Origin: an archaeon
Lineage (GTDB): Archaea > Iainarchaeota > Iainarchaeia > Iainarchaeales > CSSED10-239
NCBI GenBank assembly: GCA_035357435.1
Contig: DAOPNM010000007.1
Coordinates: forward strand, 1 to 24,412
Direction of reading: 5' to 3'
Length of the DNA stretch: 24,412 nucleotides
This document shows, in pieces, positions 1 through 7,268 of the stretch. Under the pieces are notes generated by a model, which saw only the letters and a list, made by a program, of their open reading frames with translations, searched no databases and was not told the DNA's origin. How positions within the stretch are numbered: position 1 is the first letter of the stretch; each line of letters opens with the position of its first letter. A program made the position numbers and the translations under genes.

Positions 1-361
1 CATCTGCATCTTTAGTAAGATTAAAACAATGATCTGGCAGTGGGCAAGCAGGGCAATCAACACCACCACAATCTACACCTGTTTCATCATAGTTTTTGTC
101 ACCATCACTACAATGGGGTGGCACTGAAGTTGTACCTGAAGTTGTACCGCCCCCGGTAGTACCCCCATTTGTTAGCATCTGCTCAAATTGATTATAAATA
201 TCAGTTCCAGGAACATCAGCAATTTGTGATTTTGTACTTTGTAAATAAAATACTGCAAAAATTGTTGCACCAATTAAAATTATGCCTAATATTGCTAAAC
301 TTTCTATAGATATTTGACCTTTTTGATTTATTTTTGTTTTAGTAAATTTAGATCTTACCAT
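1..361 (-). CDS. Type IV pilin-like secreted protein with an archaeal class III signal peptide. It is partial: the 3' end runs off the window and 120 aa are visible.
   Basis: It is absent from the ORF track because it has no in-window stop. The reverse-complement ATG at 359-361 gives MVRSKFTKTKINQKG|QISIESLAILGIILIGATIFAVFYLQ. That is a basic leader, a KG|Q cleavage context, the QxSxE motif (Glu at +5) and one hydrophobic helix. A G/T-rich linker and the Cys-rich segment CSDGDKNYDETGVDCGGVDCPAC follow. Confidence 0.6.
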   Translation of the reverse strand, partial: MVRSKFTKTKINQKGQISIESLAILGIILIGATIFAVFYLQSTKSQIADVPGTDIYNQFEQMLTNGGTTGGGTTSGTTSVPPHCSDGDKNYDETGVDCGGVDCPACPLPDHCFNLTKDAD

Positions 362-488
362 ATGTATCTTATTTTATTTAAATAATTAAAAAAATAGGAG
401 ACAAACTATTTTTAAAGAGATCTAAACTATAAAAGTTTACAAAAAAATATATAAAAAGATTAAATATAAAAGGAGAAAAATGTGATTT

Positions 489-515
489 AAAAGTGCCCAA
501 GAAACAATGTTTTGC
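489..515. other. Recurrent intergenic motif, copy A (aaaagtgcccaagaaacaatgttttgc)
   Basis: It abuts the stop codon of the kinase gene. It matches copy B at 21 of 24 core positions (AAAGTGyCCAAGAAAyAATGTTyT). Confidence 0.6.
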
Positions 516-1082
516 TTAAATGTTTTTTTGTAAAGAATAAAGAAATAAATTTATTTGATTTCTTAAATCTTCTAAAGTTCCATTATTATCTATTGTAAAA
601 TTAGATAATTCTTTGCATTTTAATAGTTGTTGAGAATTTGGATCACTACTTTCCATTTCTTTTCTTTCAGATTCTAAAAACTCTCCATAAGAAGAAATAT
701 GCTCTTTTTCTCTTAACCTTTGTTTTGCCCTTTCATATCTTGTTTTACTATCTGCATCTATAAATACCAAAACAAAATTAGGTAAACTTTTTAGTTCTTG
801 TATTTCTGCAGGGGTTCTTATAGATTCTATAACAAAATTTTTATCTAAACCTATTTGTTTTATCCTTTCAACTAATCTTTTTGCTAAAATATTTGAACCA
901 TACTTTTCTCGTAAGTCATTTCCTATCTTTTGAAGATTATCTCTTGTTAGTTCTATATTTCTTTTTTTGCATTCTTCTCGGATCTCATCAGAACAAGAAT
1001 AAACAATAAATCCTTTTTGTTTTAAAATATTTGAAAAAACACCTTTTCCAGATGCTAAAAAACCAGTAACACCTATTATCAT
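516..1082 (-). CDS. Small P-loop nucleotide kinase, similar to UPF0200 / dephospho-CoA kinase. The substrate is unassigned.
   Basis: 188 aa. It has an N-terminal Walker A motif, GVTGFLASGKG. The length and layout (SDEIRE, ESIRTPAEI, TRYERAKQR) resemble small archaeal nucleotide kinases. Confidence 0.65.
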   Translation of the reverse strand: MIIGVTGFLASGKGVFSNILKQKGFIVYSCSDEIREECKKRNIELTRDNLQKIGNDLREKYGSNILAKRLVERIKQIGLDKNFVIESIRTPAEIQELKSLPNFVLVFIDADSKTRYERAKQRLREKEHISSYGEFLESERKEMESSDPNSQQLLKCKELSNFTIDNNGTLEDLRNQINLFLYSLQKNI

Positions 1083-1122
1083 TTAAGGTTCACATTTATA
1101 TAAAAATAAAAAAAGAAAAAAA

Positions 1123-1680
1123 TTAAAAAGCAACCTTTGGGACTGCTTTTTCTGTCTCAGGAATTTCTAAAAAATCCTTTTGTTTAAATCCAAACATTTT
1201 TGCAAAAATGTTTGATGGAAATGTTTGTATTTTATTATTATATGACAATACAGAGTCATTAAAATATTGTCGGGAATATGCAATTTTGTTTTCAATACCA
1301 GATAATTCTTCTTGTAACATCATAAAGTTTTGACTTGCTTTTAATTCTGGATAGTTTTCAACAGCAACATTAAGTATACCATCAATTGCTTTTGTTAATT
1401 TATCATTTGCTTTCATAGCCAAACCTCTATCATTTGCTTGCATTGCTTGTGATCTTAATTGTGTAATTTCTGTAAAAACTGCTTTTTCATGTTTCATATA
1501 TCCTTTAACAGTTTCTAAAAGATTTGGAACTAAATCATATCTTTTTTTTAACTGAACATCTATTTGTGCCCATGCATTTTCTACATTATTTCTTGCTCTT
1601 ATTAATGAATTATAGGTTGCCCAAATTACAATTAATAGAACAAAAATTACAATAAGTAAAATTATTAACCATGTAACCAT
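1123..1680 (-). CDS. lemA: LemA family membrane protein
   Basis: 185 aa. A single N-terminal TM helix is followed by the LemA signature YNSLIRARNNVENAWAQIDVQLKKRYDLVPNLLETVKGY. A GGAGG Shine-Dalgarno lies 7 nt before the ATG. Confidence 0.9.
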   Translation of the reverse strand: MVTWLIILLIVIFVLLIVIWATYNSLIRARNNVENAWAQIDVQLKKRYDLVPNLLETVKGYMKHEKAVFTEITQLRSQAMQANDRGLAMKANDKLTKAIDGILNVAVENYPELKASQNFMMLQEELSGIENKIAYSRQYFNDSVLSYNNKIQTFPSNIFAKMFGFKQKDFLEIPETEKAVPKVAF

Positions 1681-1761
1681 AAATTTTCCTCCATTATTTT
1701 TAAAATAAAAAAGTAATAATAAAATAAAGGATGTTTGAGTTTAAAAAGATATCTTTTTTAG

Positions 1762-2277
1762 TTAAGATTTAACAGGGATTTGTTTTACTGGCTTTGTTAA
1801 TTGTTTTGTTTTCGGGATTTCTAATGTTAAAATACCATCCTTATAATTTGCAGATATCTTATCTTTATCTACATTATTAGGAAGTTCAAAATATTTATAG
1901 AACCCACTATATCTACTTTCAAACTTATATTCTCCTTTTTGTTTTTCTTCTTTTTTATTTTCAGTTTCTGCTTTTATTTCTATACCTCTATCAAGGGCAT
2001 TTACCTTAATATCATCTTTATTAACACCAGGTATTTCTAATCTTGCAACAATTTTATCTTTTTCATCTTTAATCTCTGTTAAAGGTGTTCTAAAACTAGT
2101 ATTTAATTGCGTTAACTCTTGTGGTGTAAAAAACAAAAACCTATCATCATTAAAAAATCTATTTATTAAAGTATCCATTTCTTTTTGCATTCTTCTTATA
2201 TCATCTAATAAACTATAATCATTTTTTGTAACAACACTGTTTTTATTTTCTTTTTTTACCATAATTTCACCCCCCAT
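1762..2277 (-). CDS. hsp20: Hsp20 / alpha-crystallin small heat-shock protein
   Basis: The alpha-crystallin domain is visible (ARLEIPGVNKDDIKVNALDRGIEIKAE ... DGILTLEIPK). A GGTGA SD lies 5 nt before the internal ATG at 2262, so the real start is probably Met6 (MVKKENK), giving 1762..2262. Confidence 0.9.
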   Translation of the reverse strand: MGGEIMVKKENKNSVVTKNDYSLLDDIRRMQKEMDTLINRFFNDDRFLFFTPQELTQLNTSFRTPLTEIKDEKDKIVARLEIPGVNKDDIKVNALDRGIEIKAETENKKEEKQKGEYKFESRYSGFYKYFELPNNVDKDKISANYKDGILTLEIPKTKQLTKPVKQIPVKS

Positions 2278-2409
2278 TTAAAACACAAAAAAAGAAGATT
2301 AGATTATAAATATGACAGTACATTCAGTATATTATCTCTATATAAATATAGAAAAAAAAATTTTTAAATATATTTAAAATTAAAAAAAAGAAAAGAATAA
2401 AAACAAAAA

Positions 2410-3807
2410 CTATTCTTTCAAAGCTTTAATATGAACATCCTTCAATTGCTTTTCAGAAACAAAATTTGGTGAATTTTCCATAAGGGCAACACCATTTTTT
2501 GTTTTTGGAAATGCAATAAATTCTTTTATAGAATCTTTTCCTTTCAGAAGCATCAACAATCTTTCTAAACCAACAGCTAAACCACCATGTGGAGGAGTAC
2601 CAAACTTAAAAGCATCAATTAAAAAACCAAATTTTTCTTTAATCTCTTCATCAGAAAGACCTAATATTTTAAATATCTTTTTTTGAATATCAGAATTCCA
2701 AATTCTAATACTTCCACTTCCTAACTCTACACCATTCAATACAAGATCAAAGGCTTGACTATCTAAACTTAAAAAATCTTCTTTTGTTACACATTGATTT
2801 AATCTTTCCAAAGACTCTTTTGTTGGCGCAGTAAATGGATGATGTGCAGAAACTAATCTTTGTTCTTCATCATTCCATTCAAAAAGAGGAAAATAATCAA
2901 CCCAAACAAATGCAAACTCTTTTGGATTTGTTTTATCTTTTCTTAAATCTGGTTTATCTGAATTATATTGTTTCATAGCTTCTTTATATGTTAAATGTGG
3001 AAATGGGGTTTTAATCTTTATACCCATTACCTTTTCTAAAGTATATGATAAATATTCTTCATGTAATTTTTGAATATCTTCCATGGTTACAAAAGACATT
3101 TCTAAATCAATTTGTGTAAACTCTGGTTGTCTATCTCCTCTTAAATCTTCATCTCTTAAACATTTTGCAAATTGATAATATCTATCAAAACCAGAAACCA
3201 TTAATGTTTGTTTATATACTTGGGGTGATTGTGGTAATGAATAAAACTTTCCAGGATGTAATCTACTTGGAACTAAATAATCTCTTGCACCTTCTGGTGT
3301 ACTTCTACAAAGCATAGGTGTATCTACTTCTATAAAATTTTGAGAATTAAGATATTCTCTAACTGCAGAAACTATTTTATGTCTAAACAAAAAATTATCT
3401 AAATTTTCTGGTTTTCTTAAATCTAAATATCTATATTTTAATCTAGTTTCTTCTGAAGGAACAATATTATCTATAATTGAAATTGGTAATTCTGAAGAAA
3501 CATTCAAAACATCTATTTGATTTACTAAAACCTCTATTTTACCAGTTTCTAATTTTGGATTTTCTTGAGGTTTTTTTTGTACAATTCCTTGTACTTTTAT
3601 AACATATTCATTATGGATATTTGAAATTTCTGGAAAATTAGAAATATTCTCTTTTGGAATAATAATTTGAGTAATTCCATATCTATCTCTTAAATCTATA
3701 AAAACCATTTTAGACATAGATCTTATAGAATGCACCCAACCACAAAGAATAACTTGTTTTCCTACATCTTTTTCTCGTAGTTCACCACAGGTATGTGTTC
3801 TTAACAT
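2410..3807 (-). CDS. aspS: Aspartyl-tRNA synthetase, bacterial-type class IIb core without the GAD insertion domain
   Basis: 465 aa. The N-terminal OB fold reads [28 protein letters not shown]. Motif 2 ([52 protein letters not shown]) is nearly identical to the E. coli AspS block as I remember it. Motif 3 reads [15 protein letters not shown]. Confidence 0.95.
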   Translation of the reverse strand: [465 protein letters not shown]

Positions 3808-3851
3808 TTATTTTCACATTTATTATATTTTGGTATAATTCTTTTTTGTAA

Positions 3852-4118
3852 TTACAATTTATCTACATTATAATATTTCTTTTTTCTAAAAAGATTCTTT
3901 ATTTTTGTAAAAATATTTTGTTTCTCTCCAAATTTTGGTTTTTGTACATTTGGACCTTTTTTTCTAGGAACATTATAAGACATAGGTTTTGCTTTTTCTT
4001 TCCAACCTTTAGAAGAAGAATCTTTAAAATCATTTAAACCATTATCTGAAATACTATCTTTCATAACATACATATCATTTATTTCTGTCATATTCATGGA
4101 TTTTTTTGACATATACAT
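3852..4118 (-). CDS. Hypothetical small Lys-rich protein
   Basis: This is an 88-codon open frame in otherwise intergenic AT-rich DNA, where stop codons should be frequent. It is co-directional with its neighbours and has TATA-like strings upstream. No motif was recognised. Confidence 0.45.
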   Translation of the reverse strand: MYMSKKSMNMTEINDMYVMKDSISDNGLNDFKDSSSKGWKEKAKPMSYNVPRKKGPNVQKPKFGEKQNIFTKIKNLFRKKKYYNVDKL

Positions 4119-4210
4119 CTTTCTTTTAAGTTTTTATAAAATATAAAAAGTTGTAAATATATTTAAATATATGTTTTATGGTTTTCTTAAGAGGAGGAAA
4201 AAATAATGGT

Positions 4211-4237
4211 AAGGCGTCCAAGAATTTATGTGTTTTT
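4211..4237. other. Recurrent intergenic motif, copy C (aaggcgtccaagaatttatgtgttttt)
   Basis: It lies 23 nt 3' of the nuclease stop. It shares GyGyCCAAGAAwywATGT with copies A and B. It is more diverged than they are. Confidence 0.5.
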
Positions 4238-4260
4238 AAAGAAAAAAGTTGTTAAAAAAA

Positions 4261-5478
4261 CTATTTTTTCTGACTTAAATAAAATCTATGTATCTTAGTT
4301 GTTTCTATATATTTTCTTATTTGAGAATCTAGTTCTTTGGAAAACATATGGTAACCCAATGATCTTGATAATTTATAATATGAAAGATCAGAAAGATCAT
4401 TCCATAAATTGTTTTGTATAATTAGGTTTTCTAAATCTTCTCTTTCTTTTGTACCTTTATCTGGAATTTTTACATTTTCATATTGTTTGATTAATAAAGA
4501 AGCATTAGCACCTACTATTCTTTCTAAATTATTTTGTTGAGAATAAATAATTATAGCTTCTTTTAATTTTTCTAATTGCTTATCTAATTCTCCAACAATT
4601 TGTTTTCTTTTTTCTTCTATTTCTGCATATTTATTTACTAGTTGAACACCTGGTTCATTAAGAAACTCATTTTTTTCTAAGTCCTTTGTTTTTAGTTCAT
4701 GTGCTTTCATTGGACAAACAACCTTATATTCACACCAATCACAAAGTGCAGAGGTTTGTGCAGGAAATTCATTGAATTCTATTGCTTTTTCTATATCTTT
4801 TATGTGTTGTATAAACTCTTTTTTTAAATCTTCTAATTCCAAATTAGTTTTAGAAGTTCTTAATTCTAAATTTCCAGAAAGAAAATGCCAAACAAGATCT
4901 ATTTTTTCCACAAATGGATATAATTTTTTGACAGCAATAGCATATAATGGTAGTTGTGCATCTTTTTCTATTTGTTCTTGTGTTTTAGGAACATTGTTTG
5001 TTTTGTAATCATGGATTTCTATGAAATTATCAGAAACTAATGTTAATCTATCAATATATCCAGTTATATTATATACACAACTAGTTTCTGGATCAGAAAT
5101 TTGTAAATTAAATTTAAGTTCTGTACCTAATGTTTTGCCTTGATTAAAGGGTTTATATTTTTCATAATAATTTTTTATAAACTCTTTTCCTGTTTGTTTA
5201 TAGTTTTCTGGAGATAATCCTTCTTTTACAATTGTAATTTGTGTTTTAAAATATCCAGAATCCCATTCTTTGTCATAATAGTTAAGAAGATCTTCTAAAC
5301 TATTTAATTTACTATATTTTAAATCTTCATATAACTTTTGTAAGGTTGAATGAACAATTGTTCCTAAAAAAGATTCTATTGTTGTAGAGGGTGGTATTTC
5401 TGGTTTTTCTAAATAATTATATTTAAACTTTAAAGGACATTGCTTAAATGTTTCTATACGAGAATATGAGAAATCCAT
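4261..5478 (-). CDS. Cas4/AddB-like 4-Cys PD-(D/E)XK nuclease with an uncharacterised C-terminal extension of about 150 aa
   Basis: The nuclease motifs are SYSRIETFKQCPLKFKY (first Cys), GYIDRL...IEIHDYKT (D...D/ExK core), QLPLYAIA (QxxxY) and CDWCEYKVVCP (CxxCx5C Fe-S ligands). Residues from about 260 to 405 are coiled-coil-rich with no motif I recognise. Confidence 0.8.
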   Translation of the reverse strand: MDFSYSRIETFKQCPLKFKYNYLEKPEIPPSTTIESFLGTIVHSTLQKLYEDLKYSKLNSLEDLLNYYDKEWDSGYFKTQITIVKEGLSPENYKQTGKEFIKNYYEKYKPFNQGKTLGTELKFNLQISDPETSCVYNITGYIDRLTLVSDNFIEIHDYKTNNVPKTQEQIEKDAQLPLYAIAVKKLYPFVEKIDLVWHFLSGNLELRTSKTNLELEDLKKEFIQHIKDIEKAIEFNEFPAQTSALCDWCEYKVVCPMKAHELKTKDLEKNEFLNEPGVQLVNKYAEIEEKRKQIVGELDKQLEKLKEAIIIYSQQNNLERIVGANASLLIKQYENVKIPDKGTKEREDLENLIIQNNLWNDLSDLSYYKLSRSLGYHMFSKELDSQIRKYIETTKIHRFYLSQKK

Positions 5479-5566
5479 AATTTTTCTTGCTTTTAAATAA
5501 ATATAAAATATATAAAAGAGGGTTTATTTTAAAAAGATATGGGAACCAAATGCCCAATTTAAAAAA

Positions 5567-7156
5567 TTATAAAAAATATGTTTTTTCTATAACAAAATTT
5601 TTTCTGAAATTTACATCTTTTGAAATTGGTATATATTTTACTTGAGAGGAACTACTTATTTTTTGTTTATATAATTTATCATATTCTCCTTTCTTTACAA
5701 TTGAAAGAACAGGTGGATCTAATCTTCCAAATTCATGTCTCATTTCTCTATAATTATTAATGTCTTCTTCTAAAGTTTCTTCTAATTTTTTTAAAAACTT
5801 TTTTGCTTGAGTATCTGTTAATTTTGTTTTTGGTTCAATTAAAATCTCATATCTTGGTTTTTCTTTAAAGTCTTGTACATAAGGTGCAAAAGTAAAATGG
5901 GTTACAGAAATTTTTTGTTCATTCAAAACTTTTTTCATAACAGCCACTAAAGAAACTTCTGAAGAGAGTTCTCCAGCAATATTTAGGTATTTATCTCTAT
6001 CATAAAATTGTAAAAGTGGAAGTTTGTTTTTAAAATCTTTAACAATTATTATATCTTCCATATTGTATCTATATAATCCATCAGAAGTTGTAATAATTAA
6101 AACATATTTTTTATTTTTTTCAAGTTTATCTAAAGTAATTGGTTTTACATTCTTTTTACCATATTCTTGGAACTCATAAAAAATATGTGGTAAAGGAGTT
6201 CCATAATCATTATCTTTTTCTAAACATAAAGTGATTCTACCTTCACTTGCGTTTATTCCTGCATCTCTTATGGAAATCTCTTTTCCTATTTTTTGAATAA
6301 GTGTATCTAAATAAAAATAATTAAAAGGATATTTAAAACATTGAACCAAACAAAGATTTGGCCAGATTTCAATAGGTTTAAAGTTTTTTAAAGAAAGAAG
6401 TTGTTTTGCTCTTTTTGGATTTATTTTTTTTAATTCATTAATTAGTTTTGTTTTATTTTTTTGAATATAATCAAAAAATAATATTGCTTCAATTGGTGTA
6501 CTCATACCTATCTGAGTAACATCTTTTTGTAAACTATGTATTGCAATTTCATGAATTTTTGTATCATAATCTAAAATATTATAATATTTTAATGGGCAAC
6601 TAAGTTTTTTTGTTATAAACTTAGGGGTATTATATGAAAGATAACCAGTAATACTTCCATAAGGAATACCCCCTTTTGTATATCCATTAAAATAGGGCCC
6701 AGAAAAAAATAATGTATCTCCTTTTATTACTTTGGGATAGTTTTTTAATAAAAATGAGCCCCACAAAACATATTCTTTTAAAGAATAATTAAATCTATTT
6801 TTTGTAACTGGAATTAATTTAGCAGAAGAACTTGTTCCAGAAGTTAATGCAAAATAAACAACTTTTTTTTTAGTTAAAACATTTTTTTGCCCATTTTTTA
6901 TTTTTTCAATTTCTTCAGAGATATCTTCATAAGTTATAATTGGCACTTTTTTTTGAAAATCATTAATTGATTTTATGGATTTAAAAGAATATTTTTTTCC
7001 ATATTCTGTATTTTTATTTTTATTTATAATTTTTAACAAAATCTTTTCTTGAATTTTTCTTGGATTTTTTTGTTGTGCTTTATAGTCTGATAAATATCCA
7101 ATATATCCATACACATAGTTTGGATCAAACTTCTTCTTTATTTCTTTTTTTGCCAT
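5567..7156 (-). CDS. GH3-family adenylate-forming acyl-acid amido synthetase (GH3 auxin-responsive promoter family)
   Basis: 529 aa. FALTSGTSSSAKLIPVT matches the GH3 nucleotide-binding motif (xSGTTxGxxKxIP). GLYRYNMEDIIIV matches the GH3 YRYxxGD block. The length and motif order fit prokaryotic GH3 proteins. Confidence 0.75.
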   Translation of the reverse strand: MAKKEIKKKFDPNYVYGYIGYLSDYKAQQKNPRKIQEKILLKIINKNKNTEYGKKYSFKSIKSINDFQKKVPIITYEDISEEIEKIKNGQKNVLTKKKVVYFALTSGTSSSAKLIPVTKNRFNYSLKEYVLWGSFLLKNYPKVIKGDTLFFSGPYFNGYTKGGIPYGSITGYLSYNTPKFITKKLSCPLKYYNILDYDTKIHEIAIHSLQKDVTQIGMSTPIEAILFFDYIQKNKTKLINELKKINPKRAKQLLSLKNFKPIEIWPNLCLVQCFKYPFNYFYLDTLIQKIGKEISIRDAGINASEGRITLCLEKDNDYGTPLPHIFYEFQEYGKKNVKPITLDKLEKNKKYVLIITTSDGLYRYNMEDIIIVKDFKNKLPLLQFYDRDKYLNIAGELSSEVSLVAVMKKVLNEQKISVTHFTFAPYVQDFKEKPRYEILIEPKTKLTDTQAKKFLKKLEETLEEDINNYREMRHEFGRLDPPVLSIVKKGEYDKLYKQKISSSSQVKYIPISKDVNFRKNFVIEKTYFL

Positions 7157-7268
7157 ATTTTGTCTATATATTTAGAAAATAACCCTTTTTATTTATTATT
7201 GTTTTAAATAAATAAATAGTCATTTTAAAAAAATAATGCATATTTAAAAGAATGGTAGAGTCCAGATT

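Noticed and set aside
471-485. AGGAG followed by an ATG-TGA start-stop mini-ORF on the plus strand
   Set aside because: The SD-to-ATG spacing is only 4 nt. There is no evidence of plus-strand transcription here. It is more simply the pyrimidine-rich 3' region of the minus-strand kinase gene.
2337-2352. Inverted repeat TCTATAT-AA-ATATAGA upstream of hsp20, considered as a possible heat-shock operator
   Set aside because: It consists entirely of TA-type sequence in an AT-rich spacer, where such palindromes arise by chance. It may simply be TATA-box-like DNA, and I cannot match it to any known archaeal regulator motif.
4772-5008. 78-aa plus-strand ORF inside the nuclease gene
   Set aside because: It is antisense to a gene with clear catalytic motifs. 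Its composition (F/S/C/L-rich) is the mirror of K/E/N-rich codons, so it is an AT-bias shadow ORF.
4261-5478. A Cas4-like gene as evidence of a CRISPR-Cas locus
   Set aside because: No repeat-spacer array and no other cas genes occur anywhere in the window. Cas4-family nucleases occur outside CRISPR systems.
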